64,000 nt of DNA, from positions 682 through 64,681 of the forward strand of contig CAZFHL010000001.1 of NCBI GenBank assembly GCA_964519145.1. Direction: 5' to 3'. The stretch is from an uncultured Candidatus Saccharibacteria bacterium. Lineage in GTDB: Bacteria; Patescibacteriota; Minisyncoccia; Phycocordibacterales; WO2-35-19. The notes below the pieces were generated by a model that was given only the letters and a program-made list of their open reading frames with translations, was not told where the DNA came from and made no database searches. How positions within the stretch are numbered: the stretch's first letter is position 1; every line of letters begins with the position of its first letter. Position numbers and translations under genes: made by a program. Positions 20,784 to 31,266 of this stretch are shown here, piece by piece.

Positions 20784-21824
20784 ATGACAAATAAAAATAC
20801 AAAAATAGTTTGTACAATAGGACCTGTCACAAAAAGTGAAGAAATGTTATCAAAATTGCTTCAGTCTGGGATGAATATTGCCAGATTAAATTTTTCACAT
20901 GGTGATTTTGAAGAACATCAAATAAGTGTAGATAATTTAAGAAAAGCTGTTTCTAACACTGGTATAAATGGTTTTATCTTGCAAGATCTTTCTGGTCCAA
21001 AAATAAGATTAGGAAAATTTGAAACAGAGAGGGTTAATTTGGTTGCTGGAAATACTATTACTATAACCACGGAAGATATTGTTGGAAATACAGAAAAGGT
21101 TTCAATTAACTATCCAAATTTTCCTAAAGAAGTAAAAATAGGAGATAGTATAATGGTTGATGATGGTAAAAAAAGATTTGAAGTCTTAGAAATAAAAGGC
21201 GAGGAAGTTGTTTGTAAAATAATAGTAGGTGGAGACACAAAAGGTAGGAGAGGAGTAAATTTGCCAGATTCCGATTTATCTGTGAGCGCTCTTACAGAAA
21301 AAGATAGAAAAGATCTAGAATTTGGTGTTGCAAATAAAGTAGATTTTATGGCGCTTTCTTTTGTTCGCAACCCGGAAGACATAGATGAATTAAGAAATAT
21401 TTTAAAGGAGAAAAATTTTGAGACAAAAATAATTGCAAAAATAGAAACACCTCAAGCCATTAAAAACATTGATGCAATTATTGAAAAAGTAGACGGTATC
21501 ATGATAGCAAGAGGGGATTTGGCTATTGAGGTACCTTTTGAAAAAGTGCCTATGTATCAAAAAGAAATAATAGAAAAATGTAATAATAAAGGTAAATTTG
21601 TAATAGTGGCAACACAAATGCTTGAATCTATGATTCATTCTCCTGTAGCAACAAGAGCAGAAGTTTCTGATGTTGCAAACGCTATATTGGACGGTACAAA
21701 TGCGATAATGCTCTCAGAAGAAACCACTTTAGGAGAATACCCAATTCATGCTGTAGAAGTTATGACAAAAATTGCAGAAGAGGTAGAAAATAATTATCCA
21801 GATAAATTTAAAAAGAGAAAATAG
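20784..21824 (+). CDS. pyk: Pyruvate kinase (short form, no C-terminal domain)
   Basis: [42 protein letters not shown]. Confidence 0.95.
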   Translation: MTNKNTKIVCTIGPVTKSEEMLSKLLQSGMNIARLNFSHGDFEEHQISVDNLRKAVSNTGINGFILQDLSGPKIRLGKFETERVNLVAGNTITITTEDIVGNTEKVSINYPNFPKEVKIGDSIMVDDGKKRFEVLEIKGEEVVCKIIVGGDTKGRRGVNLPDSDLSVSALTEKDRKDLEFGVANKVDFMALSFVRNPEDIDELRNILKEKNFETKIIAKIETPQAIKNIDAIIEKVDGIMIARGDLAIEVPFEKVPMYQKEIIEKCNNKGKFVIVATQMLESMIHSPVATRAEVSDVANAILDGTNAIMLSEETTLGEYPIHAVEVMTKIAEEVENNYPDKFKKRK

Positions 21825-21884
21825 ACTGTGGTTTTTAATAAGTCCATTGACTAAAACTATTTAATTTGTTAGCTTATATATCAT

Positions 21885-22310
21885 ATGTTAAAAATAAGAC
21901 TTCAAAGAGTTGGAAGAGTTCATCAGCCTATATTTAGGCTAGTTTTGACTGATTCTAAAAATTCACCTAAAAGTGGAAATTTCAGAGAAATACTTGGTAA
22001 TTTTGATGTGAGAAGACCAGAAAAAGCTCAATTTAATATTGAAAAAATAAAATTTTGGATATCAAATGGAGCAAAGCCTTCTGATACAGTGTTTAATTTG
22101 CTTATAGATAAAAAAATTATAGAAGGTAAAAAGATTAATAATTTACCAAAAAAGAGTCCTATAATAAGTGAAGAAATGAAAGCTAAAATGGCAGAAGATG
22201 TAAAAGCTAAAGAAGAATTACAGGATATAAAGGTGGGGGCAGACACTCCAATAGAGACTGAATCAAAAGAAGAGCCATCAAATGAAAACACTGCTGTTAT
22301 CACAGAATAA
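21885..22310 (+). CDS. rpsP: 30S ribosomal protein S16
   Basis: MLKIRLQRVGR...GAKPSDTV; acidic C-terminal tail. Confidence 0.95.
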   Translation: MLKIRLQRVGRVHQPIFRLVLTDSKNSPKSGNFREILGNFDVRRPEKAQFNIEKIKFWISNGAKPSDTVFNLLIDKKIIEGKKINNLPKKSPIISEEMKAKMAEDVKAKEELQDIKVGADTPIETESKEEPSNENTAVITE

Positions 22311-22435
22311 ACTATCACTCAATAATATTTGTCCATCTGCTATTTATTAAAAGTAATACACACTGTTTTGCATATATTTGTTATTTGTAATATAATTGAA
22401 GAGGCTAGAGATTATTAATTATTTTTAAAACCGAA

Positions 22436-22744
22436 ATGGAAAACGATATACAATTTTTAGATTTTGTTGTTAAGGGTTTGGTAGATCATCCTGAGTCTGT
22501 AAAAATAAACAGAACAGTTGATGAAATGGGAGTATTATTAACATTAGATGTACACCCAGAAGATATGGGTAAAATAATCGGAAGATCTGGAAATACGGCA
22601 AAAGCTATAAGAATATTACTCAGAGTTGTTGGTATGAAAAACAATGCTAGAGTAAATCTAAAAATAAATGAGCCGGTTGGAGGAAAGAGAAGTGAATCAT
22701 CTCTAAAATCAGTAGATGATGTGATGGATGATTTGAAACTTTAA
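22436..22744 (+). CDS. khpA: KH-domain RNA-binding protein
   Basis: DMGKIIGRSGNTAKAIR; rpsP-khpA-trmD context. Confidence 0.9.
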   Translation: MENDIQFLDFVVKGLVDHPESVKINRTVDEMGVLLTLDVHPEDMGKIIGRSGNTAKAIRILLRVVGMKNNARVNLKINEPVGGKRSESSLKSVDDVMDDLKL

Positions 22745-22756
22745 TTTAAAACTTAA

Positions 22757-22797
22757 AAAAACAAAACCACCTCATTTTCGAGGTGGTTTTGTTTTTT
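22757..22797. terminator. Intrinsic terminator
   Basis: AAAAACAAAACCACCTC...GAGGTGGTTTTGTTTTT. Confidence 0.8.
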
Positions 22798-22816
22798 GTA
22801 AAAATATGGTATTTTA

Positions 22817-22944
22817 GCTTCAAAAGTCCTAGAACATAAAACCTTTTTGGGGCCTAGCGAGTTTGACGAGACGAGCTCGAGGAATTTTTTAGCAAAAAAA
22901 TATCCGTGGTCCAAAAAGGTTTTATCGAGAAAGACTTTTGAAGC
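22817..22944 (+). repeat. Dispersed structured repeat, copy E2
   Basis: GCTTCAAAAGTC/GACTTTTGAAGC arms; core CCTAGCGAG...CGAGCTCGAGGAATTTTTTAGCAAAAAAATATCCGTGG. Confidence 0.85.
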
Positions 22945-22963
22945 AGTTTATATATAATATTTT

Positions 22964-23686
22964 ATGAACTTCCATATAATTACACTTTTTAAAGAAAGCT
23001 TCAGCTCATACTTAAGTGAGTCTATTTTAGGTAGAGCTATTAAAAATAAAATTATAAAAATACATTTTTATAATCCTAGAGATTTTGCAAATAATAAATT
23101 TAAACACATAGATCAAAGGCCTTATGGGGGTGGTCCTGGTATGGTTTTGCAAGCGGAACCCGTAGCTAAAGCTATTGAGAAAGCTATAAAAATAATAAAA
23201 ATTAAAAATCAAAAACTGGAAATTAAATCTAAAATTGAAAATTCAAAAATTAAATTTAAAAGTAAAAAAGGGGATAATAAATTTAAAATCAAAATCATAT
23301 TTTTTTCGCCCAGTGGAAAGAGGTTTGATACAAGCTATGCTAAAAAATTGTCTAAAAATTATAATGATATTGTTTTAATTTGTGGTAGATACGAAGGTAT
23401 TGACGCAAGGATTAAAAAGATTTTTAAAATGGACGAAGTTTCAATAGGAGATTTTGTATTAACAGGAGGTGAAATACCAGCTATGGTTTTGATTGATTGT
23501 ATAGGAAGACAAATAAAGGGTTTTTTAGGAAATTTTGATTCAAGAGAAGAAGAGAGGATTTCTAGCTCAGATGTTTATACAAGACCAGAAGTTTTGGAAT
23601 TTAATGCTAAAAAATATAGAGTGCCAAAAATTTTATTGTCTGGTAACCATAAAAAGATAGATGAATGGAAAGAAAAAAGTAAATAA
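22964..23686 (+). CDS. trmD: tRNA (guanine-N1)-methyltransferase
   Basis: PYGGGPGMV, CGRYEGID, SIGDFVLTGGE, YTRP, SGNH. Confidence 0.96.
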   Translation: MNFHIITLFKESFSSYLSESILGRAIKNKIIKIHFYNPRDFANNKFKHIDQRPYGGGPGMVLQAEPVAKAIEKAIKIIKIKNQKLEIKSKIENSKIKFKSKKGDNKFKIKIIFFSPSGKRFDTSYAKKLSKNYNDIVLICGRYEGIDARIKKIFKMDEVSIGDFVLTGGEIPAMVLIDCIGRQIKGFLGNFDSREEERISSSDVYTRPEVLEFNAKKYRVPKILLSGNHKKIDEWKEKSK

Positions 23687-24372
23687 AATTAAGAAAGCAA
23701 AAAACCTGATCAAAGTCAGGTTTTTTGCTTTCTTAACCAACAAAAAGAATTTAGTCGTACTCTCTAAAATCTTTATTTAAATATTTGGTCAAGCCAAAGG
23801 AGAAATTCGTTAAAGATTTGTATCCTAGTGACCTTCTCTTTTGGTTTTACTCCTTTAAGTCGTAAGTACTACGACTGTTTAAAAAACAGTCTTTAAATAA
23901 TGTATCATATTTTATTTTTTTTAAAAAAATATCAGTGGATAAGTTTTAATTAAATTGTAGGATTTATCCCCGCTTCGATGAATTAAAAAGTAGACTTTTA
24001 TTCAAAAGTAATTAATGGATTAAAAATACTTATCCACATTGTTTGGTTGACAATGTTGACATTTATAACCTAAGGGTTTATACTTGTATTTACTATTGAA
24101 AGATTGAGTTATGGCTTGTCAACCTAATAAGTGGATATTTGTTTCAAATATTTTAATTTAGGTCAATAGAAGACTGTTTAGAGCTCAAAATAGTCCCCAA
24201 TTACAAGCAAATTTCTTAGTTTGACTTACAAAACAAATATCAGTTAAATATAAAAGTTTATAAAACCCAGTTTAAGTGGGTGTTATTTTGTTTGTAGTAT
24301 TTTAAATAAGGAATAAAAGATTATAGAGTCCGGTACCTTTTTATTTTAGTATTAAAAAATTATTAAAAAATT

Positions 24373-27300
24373 ATGTCAAATACAGCAACAAAAGCTAAAT
24401 CAACTAAAGTATTGCCAAAAAAATATTTTAGTAAATTTAAAAAACCAATGGTTCCGATTCCAAACTTAGTAAAGGATCAGGTAGAATCTTTTAATTGGTT
24501 GATTGAGAAGGGTATAAAAGAGGTTTTTGATGAGTTTAAAGCAATAAATGACTTTTCTGGTAAAAAATTTAGATTTGAATTTCTAAGTTTTGAAATGGAA
24601 AAACCTAAATATGATGAATATTATGCAAAAGAAAAGAAGCTCTCGTATGAAGCACCTCTTAAAGCTCGTGTAAAACTTGTAAACAAGACTACTGGTACTG
24701 AAAAAGAACAAGAGGTATTTATGACAGACTTTCCTATGATGACATCCCATGGGACTTTTATTGTTAGTGGAATCGAAAGGGTAATAGTGCCACAACTAGC
24801 TAGATCTTTCGGTGTATTTTTTACAGAAATAGAATCTAAAGGGAAATTGCTTTTTGGAGCAAAAATTATACCAGCTAGAGGTGCATGGATTGAAATAGAA
24901 ACAGATGTTGATAAGTCTTTGTTTGTAAGAATTGATAGAAAGAGAAAATTTTCAGTAACATCTCTTCTAAGAGCTTTTGGTGCAGAAACAGATTCAGAAA
25001 TGCTAGATTTATTTAAAGGAAATCCAGATGCTAAAGAATATATAGAAAAATCTTTAGCAAAAGATCATGCAAAAACAGCAGATGAATCATTTGTCGAAAT
25101 ATATAGAAGACTTCGTGATGGAGATTTGGCTACAGCAGAAAATGCTAGAGAGTTTTTCAAATCTCTTTTTGATGTTGAAAGATATGATTTACAAAAAGTC
25201 GGAAGATTTAGATTTAATTCAAGATTTGGTTTAAGTACAGAAGGTAAAGAGGCTGAAAGAAGAACTTTAAATTTAGAAGATATAAAATTGGTTATTAATC
25301 ATATAATATCTCTAAACGTAACTCCTGGTTCAACAGAAGATGATATAGATCATTTAGGTAGTAGAAGAGTTAGATATGTTGGAGAACTATTGCAACAAAA
25401 ATTTAGGATGGGCATGGCTCAAATCAAGAGGAATATGCAAAATAGAATGTCAACAGTTGAAACAGATTTAACTTTGCCAATACAATTTATAATACCAAAA
25501 CCTCTTCAGGCTAGAATAAAAGAATTTTTCACAACAAACCAATTATCTCAATTTATGGCCCAAGAAAATGCTTTGGCTGAGATAGAACATTTGCGTATTT
25601 TGTCTGCTCTAGGTCCTGGAGGTTTAAATAGGAGTAGAGCAGGTTTTGAGGTGCGTGATGTTCACCCTTCTCATTATGGTAGACTTTGTCCAATACATAC
25701 ACCAGAAGGTCCAAACATTGGTCTTATACTTCACTTATCTTTGTATGCAAGAATAAATGAATTTGGAATGATAGAAACTCCTTATGCAAAAGTTAAAAAA
25801 GGTATAGTGACAGATGAAATAGTATATTTGAATGCTTTAGAAGAGGAACAGTATGCAATTGCTCACGCCGCAGTTCCATATAATGAAAAGGGCAAAATTG
25901 AAGTTGATATGGTAGAAGCTAGAATAAAAGGTAAACCTGGTATTACAGATAGAGATAAAATAGATTTTATGGATGTGGCTACAAACCAAGCATTTTCAAT
26001 TGCTACTTCTATGATTCCTTTTCTTAATCATGACGATGCTCACAGAGCACTCATGGGTTCTAATATGCAAAAACAAGCTACTCCTTGTGTTGAACCAGAA
26101 GCTCCTGTAGTTGCTACAGGTATTGAGGGTCCTGCTATGAAAGATACAGGAAGACTTGTTGTTGCAAATGAAGATGGAACTGTAAGTAAATTGTCCGGAA
26201 ATTCAATAGAAATAACTAGCAATAAGGGTATAAAAAATAATTACAGACTAATAAATTTTGCAAAAACCAATAGTGCGACTTGTTTCCATCAGAGACCTAT
26301 TGTTGATATTGGTGATACAGTAAAAAAGGGTGATGTTTTGGCAGATTCATTAACTAGTGTAAATGGAGAAATGGCAATTGGTCAAAATATATTCATCGCT
26401 TTTCTTTCTTGGTCTGGTGCAAACTATGAAGATGCTATTATATTGTCTGAGAGATTAATAAAAGAAAATAAATTTACAACAGTTCATATTGATGAAGTTG
26501 TAGTAAATGTTCGTGATACTAAATTAGGTCCTGAAGTTACTACTTGCGATATACCAAACATTGGTGAAAGTAAATTAAAAAATTTAGCAGAAGATGGAAT
26601 TGTGAGAGTTGGAGCAGAGGTTAGTCCTGGTGATATATTGGTTGGTAAAATTACTCCAAAAGGTGAAAGTCAATTGACTCCAGAAGAGAGATTGCTTAGG
26701 TCTTTGTTTGGTGAAAAGGCTAGAGATGTTAAAGATACTTCAAAGAGAGTTGAGGGTGGTAAAAAGGGTAGAATAATAAATGTTCAGGTCTTTTCAAGAG
26801 AAAAAGGAGATAAGTTGGATTCAGGTATTATAAAAAGAATTCATATTGAAATTGCCCAAATAAGAAATGTTTCTGTTGGAGATAAGTTGGCAGGAAGACA
26901 TGGTAATAAAGGTGTTATATCAAGGATACTTCCTGTCGAAGATATGCCTTATACAGCAGACGGTACACCTGTTGATATAATACTGACCCCTCTTGGTCTG
27001 CCTTCAAGAATGAACCTTGGTCAAATCCTTGAATTGCATTTAGGTTTGGCAGCAAAAACTTTAGGTTATCAGGCAATTGTTCCACCATTTGCGGGTGCTA
27101 CAGATATGGAAATAAAAGAAGAATTGAAAAAAGCAGGATTTAATGAAAATGGAAAAATACAATTATTTGATGGTCGTACAGGGGATGCTTTTAAACAAGA
27201 AACTTCTGTTGGTTATATGTATATGTTAAAACTTGACCATATGGTTGAAGATAAAATACATATGAGATCTATTGGGCCTTATTCTCTAATCACACAACAA

Positions 27301-27603
27301 CCGTTGGGTGGAAAGGCACAAGGTGGAGGCCAAAGATTTGGAGAAATGGAAGTTTGGGCGCTTTTGGGTCATGGTGCTGCTTATACATTGCGTGAAATGT
27401 TGACTATAAAATCTGACGATATTTTAGGAAGAAGTGCGGCTTTTGATGCTATTGTAAAAGGAGAAAAAATTAAATCAGAAAATTTACCAGCGGCGTTTAA
27501 TGTTCTTATAAGCAATTTAAGAGGTCTTGCTCTAGATATTGATTTAGTAAAAAGAGACAGGGGAGATTTCAAATTATCAGATGATTTAAATAATAAAAAT
27601 TAA
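24373..27603 (+). CDS. rpoB: RNA polymerase beta subunit
   Basis: RDVHPSHYGRLCPIHTPEGPNIGL, GDKLAGRHGNKG, GGQRFGEMEVWAL. Confidence 0.99.
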   Translation: MSNTATKAKSTKVLPKKYFSKFKKPMVPIPNLVKDQVESFNWLIEKGIKEVFDEFKAINDFSGKKFRFEFLSFEMEKPKYDEYYAKEKKLSYEAPLKARVKLVNKTTGTEKEQEVFMTDFPMMTSHGTFIVSGIERVIVPQLARSFGVFFTEIESKGKLLFGAKIIPARGAWIEIETDVDKSLFVRIDRKRKFSVTSLLRAFGAETDSEMLDLFKGNPDAKEYIEKSLAKDHAKTADESFVEIYRRLRDGDLATAENAREFFKSLFDVERYDLQKVGRFRFNSRFGLSTEGKEAERRTLNLEDIKLVINHIISLNVTPGSTEDDIDHLGSRRVRYVGELLQQKFRMGMAQIKRNMQNRMSTVETDLTLPIQFIIPKPLQARIKEFFTTNQLSQFMAQENALAEIEHLRILSALGPGGLNRSRAGFEVRDVHPSHYGRLCPIHTPEGPNIGLILHLSLYARINEFGMIETPYAKVKKGIVTDEIVYLNALEEEQYAIAHAAVPYNEKGKIEVDMVEARIKGKPGITDRDKIDFMDVATNQAFSIATSMIPFLNHDDAHRALMGSNMQKQATPCVEPEAPVVATGIEGPAMKDTGRLVVANEDGTVSKLSGNSIEITSNKGIKNNYRLINFAKTNSATCFHQRPIVDIGDTVKKGDVLADSLTSVNGEMAIGQNIFIAFLSWSGANYEDAIILSERLIKENKFTTVHIDEVVVNVRDTKLGPEVTTCDIPNIGESKLKNLAEDGIVRVGAEVSPGDILVGKITPKGESQLTPEERLLRSLFGEKARDVKDTSKRVEGGKKGRIINVQVFSREKGDKLDSGIIKRIHIEIAQIRNVSVGDKLAGRHGNKGVISRILPVEDMPYTADGTPVDIILTPLGLPSRMNLGQILELHLGLAAKTLGYQAIVPPFAGATDMEIKEELKKAGFNENGKIQLFDGRTGDAFKQETSVGYMYMLKLDHMVEDKIHMRSIGPYSLITQQPLGGKAQGGGQRFGEMEVWALLGHGAAYTLREMLTIKSDDILGRSAAFDAIVKGEKIKSENLPAAFNVLISNLRGLALDIDLVKRDRGDFKLSDDLNNKN

Positions 27604-27607
27604 AAAT

Positions 27608-30600
27608 ATGAATAATAGAAATCAAAGCTTGACACCTGATTTTGATATGATGAAGCTATCTTTGGCTTCACCTGAAAGAATCAAAGAATGGTCATATGGA
27701 GAAATAACAAAACCTGAAACCATTAATTACAGAACACAAAGAAGTGAAAGACATGGTTTGTTTGATGAAAAAATATTTGGTCCTGATAAAGACTATGAAT
27801 GTTATTGCGGTAAATACAAAGGTATAAGATACAAAGGTATTATTTGTGAAAAATGTGGAGTAGAAATAACAAGATCTATTGTAAGAAGAGAGAGAATGGG
27901 TCATATAGAACTCGCTGCTCCTGTATCAAATATTTGGTTTTTAAAGAGTATGCCATCAAGAATTTCTCTTATATTGGGGCTTCAAAGTATTGATGTTGAA
28001 AAAGTAATATATTTTGCAGGATACATTATTACAAAAGTTTCTAATGAATCAAAATTAGAAATATTGAGAGATTTAGATGCTGAGTTTAAAGCAAAAATAA
28101 AACAATTAACAGAAGAAAAGCATAAAGATGAATTGAAAGAAAAATTGCTATCAACTAAAAAAGAAATTGAGGACATAGTAGAGGGTAAAGTTATAGATGA
28201 AGTGGCTTATCATAATTATTCTGTAAAATATGGTTCATTTTTTGAAGCAGAGATTGGAGCAGAGGCAATTTTCAATATATTTAGGAGAACAGATCTTAAA
28301 AAATTAGAGACAGCTATTTTGGAAGAATTAAAAAATGCTAAATCAGTTGACAGCACAAAACTTTCAAAGAGATTAAGCATTATTCAATCAATGATAAGAT
28401 CAAATACTAGACCTGAATGGATGTTTTTGACATCTGTACCTGTCATACCTCCTGCTATGAGACCAATGGTTCCTCTTGATGGTGGTAGATACGCTACAAG
28501 TGATGTAAATGATTTGTACAGAAGAGTGATAAACAGAAATAATAGATTGAAAAAATTAAAAGAAATTGGAGCTCCTGATGTAATTTTAAGGAATGAAAAA
28601 AGAATTTTACAAGAAGCTGTTGATGCTTTGATCGATAATTCCATAAGACATAATAATCAACAAGCAAATGCTCAAGTAAATAAATCAAGAGAATTAAAAT
28701 CTTTAGCAGATAATCTTAAAGGCAAAAGAGGTTTATTCAGACAAAATCTTTTAGGTAAAAGAGTAGATTATTCTGGAAGATCTGTAATTGTTGTTGGACC
28801 AGATTTAAAACTACATCAATGTGGTTTACCAAAACATATGGCTTTGGAATTGTTTAAACCTTTTGTTGTGGCTCAATTATTAAAAAAGGAACTTGCTTTC
28901 AATGTAAGAGGTGCTAGCCGTCTTATTGATGATCAGATACCAGAAGTATGGGCAATACTTGAAGATGTTATAAAAAATAAATATGTGCTTTTAAACAGAG
29001 CTCCTACTTTGCACAGATTAGGTATTCAAGCATTTCAACCTATTTTAATTGAAGGAAATGCTATCCAAGTTCATCCACTTGTTTGTAATGCTTTCAATGC
29101 TGACTTCGATGGAGACCAAATGGCAGTACATGTACCTCTTTCAGAAGAAGCGCAAATAGAAGCAAAGATGATCATGGCTTCCGATAAAAATATTTTGAAA
29201 CCTGGAAGTGGTGAACCTACAATATCAAATAAACCACTCGATATTATCTTGGGTTGTTATTGGATGACAAAAGATGTTGTTGGTGAAAAAGGCGAAGGGT
29301 TGGTGTTTCCATCTCCAAACAATGCCATCACTGCTTATGATTTTGATTTGGTAAGTTTTAGAGCAAAGATAAAAGTTTTACCTACTGATTCTTTAAAATA
29401 TAAAAAATTTAATGGAGAGTTATTTGAAACAACCATAGGAAGATTATTATTTAATGCTGTTTTACCAAATGATTATCCTTATATAAACAATGAAATAGAT
29501 ACGAAGAAAATGAAGGCGATAATTGATGATCTTATACAACAATATGGGACAGACGCTATCCCTGCTATTATGGATAAAATAAAATCTTTTGGATTTAAGT
29601 ACGCTACAGTTTCTGGTGTTACTTGGAGTATCAGTGATGTTATTGTTCCTACTAAAAAAGATGAAATAATTTCAAATTCAAAAGAAAAAATTCAAGTTAT
29701 TGAGGATCAATACAATGATGGTCTAATATCTGAATCTGAAAAGAAAATTAAAAATATTGAAATTTGGTCATCTACAAAAGAACAAGTGGAAAAAGCAATG
29801 CAGGAAGTGATGGATAAAACAGGTTCTGTTTATGATATGGTGAAATCTGGAGCGAGAGGATCGATGGGACAATTGGTTCAAATGGCTGGTATGAAAGGGC
29901 TTATTGTAAATAATGCTGGAGAGACCATTGATTTTCCTGTTATTTCTTCAAACAAAGAAGGTCTAACACCAATAGAATATTTCATCACTACTCATGGAGC
30001 AAGAAAGGGTCTTACTGATACAGCATTAAATACCGCAAAAGCAGGTTACCTTACAAGAAGGTTGTTTGATGTTGGTCAAGATGTGTTGATAACAGAGGAA
30101 GATTGTGGAACAAAAAATAATATTCTCTTACAAAGAAGAACTCCATCTGGTATGGAAGTTTCTTTGGCAAAAGTTTCTAAAGGTAGGTTTATTGCAGAAG
30201 ATTTGAAAGATCAAGATGGTAATTTGATTTTTGAAAAAGGTCATTTTGTTACTCGTGATGATGCAAATAAAATAGAAGCATCTTCTGTACAAAATTTACT
30301 AGTCAGATCTCCTCTTACTTGCGAAACATTAGATGGTATCTGTGTTAAATGTTATGGTTCTGATTTGGGTAGAAATAAAATAATTGGGGTAGGTGAAGCT
30401 GTTGGTACTATTGCTGCTCAAGCTATTGGTGAGCCTGGTACTCAACTTACTATGCGTACTTTCCATCAAGGAGGTACTGCTTCTGCTGGTGGAGATATTA
30501 CGCAAGGTTTACCTAGAGTAGAAGAGGTTTTTGAAAATAGAACTCCAAAAAATCCGGCTGTGATTGCAAAAGTAGATGGTATTGTTAGCGAGATTAAAAC

Positions 30601-31255
30601 AGAAAATAGAGAAAAAATAATTGTTATTTTGCCAGATGAAGGAAGTAAATCTAAATCTACAACCAATACAGAATATCCAGTAAATTATCACCGTATTGTC
30701 TTGGTTAAGATAGGAGATAAAGTCAAAAAAGGAGATTTTTTGACAGATGGCTCCGCAGATCTTGATGAGTTATTTAAATATGGAGGTAAAGAAAAAACAC
30801 AAAATTATATTATTCAAGAAATTACAAAAATTTATGAGTTGCAAGGAGAGCCTGTATCTAGAAAACATATTGAAGTGATTATTAGACAAATGTTTTCTAG
30901 AATTAAAGTCAAAGAACCGGGAGAAACTAGATTTTCACAAGGTGATGTTGTATCTAAATCTGAATTCTTGATTGAAAATACAGAATCAAAAATCACAAAT
31001 AAAGAAGAGGCAAAATCAGAATCATTGCTTCTTGGTGTTACAGAAGTTTCTCTTTCAAGACAGAGCTTTTTGTCATCAGCTTCTTTCCAACATACAACTA
31101 GGATGCTTATACAAAATGCTCTAAAAGGCACAGAAGATGAACTTAAGGGGTTAAAAGAAAATGTAATTATTGGAAGACTTATACCTGCTGGTTCAGGATT
31201 TAAAGGTAGTGAAAAATATAAAATCATAGAAGACTTAAAACAAAAAGAGATCTAA
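27608..31255 (+). CDS. rpoC: RNA polymerase beta' subunit
   Basis: NADFDGD, LLGKRVDYSGRS, GEPGTQLTMRTFH. Confidence 0.99.
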   Translation: MNNRNQSLTPDFDMMKLSLASPERIKEWSYGEITKPETINYRTQRSERHGLFDEKIFGPDKDYECYCGKYKGIRYKGIICEKCGVEITRSIVRRERMGHIELAAPVSNIWFLKSMPSRISLILGLQSIDVEKVIYFAGYIITKVSNESKLEILRDLDAEFKAKIKQLTEEKHKDELKEKLLSTKKEIEDIVEGKVIDEVAYHNYSVKYGSFFEAEIGAEAIFNIFRRTDLKKLETAILEELKNAKSVDSTKLSKRLSIIQSMIRSNTRPEWMFLTSVPVIPPAMRPMVPLDGGRYATSDVNDLYRRVINRNNRLKKLKEIGAPDVILRNEKRILQEAVDALIDNSIRHNNQQANAQVNKSRELKSLADNLKGKRGLFRQNLLGKRVDYSGRSVIVVGPDLKLHQCGLPKHMALELFKPFVVAQLLKKELAFNVRGASRLIDDQIPEVWAILEDVIKNKYVLLNRAPTLHRLGIQAFQPILIEGNAIQVHPLVCNAFNADFDGDQMAVHVPLSEEAQIEAKMIMASDKNILKPGSGEPTISNKPLDIILGCYWMTKDVVGEKGEGLVFPSPNNAITAYDFDLVSFRAKIKVLPTDSLKYKKFNGELFETTIGRLLFNAVLPNDYPYINNEIDTKKMKAIIDDLIQQYGTDAIPAIMDKIKSFGFKYATVSGVTWSISDVIVPTKKDEIISNSKEKIQVIEDQYNDGLISESEKKIKNIEIWSSTKEQVEKAMQEVMDKTGSVYDMVKSGARGSMGQLVQMAGMKGLIVNNAGETIDFPVISSNKEGLTPIEYFITTHGARKGLTDTALNTAKAGYLTRRLFDVGQDVLITEEDCGTKNNILLQRRTPSGMEVSLAKVSKGRFIAEDLKDQDGNLIFEKGHFVTRDDANKIEASSVQNLLVRSPLTCETLDGICVKCYGSDLGRNKIIGVGEAVGTIAAQAIGEPGTQLTMRTFHQGGTASAGGDITQGLPRVEEVFENRTPKNPAVIAKVDGIVSEIKTENREKIIVILPDEGSKSKSTTNTEYPVNYHRIVLVKIGDKVKKGDFLTDGSADLDELFKYGGKEKTQNYIIQEITKIYELQGEPVSRKHIEVIIRQMFSRIKVKEPGETRFSQGDVVSKSEFLIENTESKITNKEEAKSESLLLGVTEVSLSRQSFLSSASFQHTTRMLIQNALKGTEDELKGLKENVIIGRLIPAGSGFKGSEKYKIIEDLKQKEI

Positions 31256-31266
31256 TAGATCTAAAT

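Noticed and set aside
23190-23300. Lys/Ile-rich insertion in TrmD as a possible intein or mobile insert
   Set aside because: Short low-complexity A-rich stretch in a variable loop, with no intein motifs.
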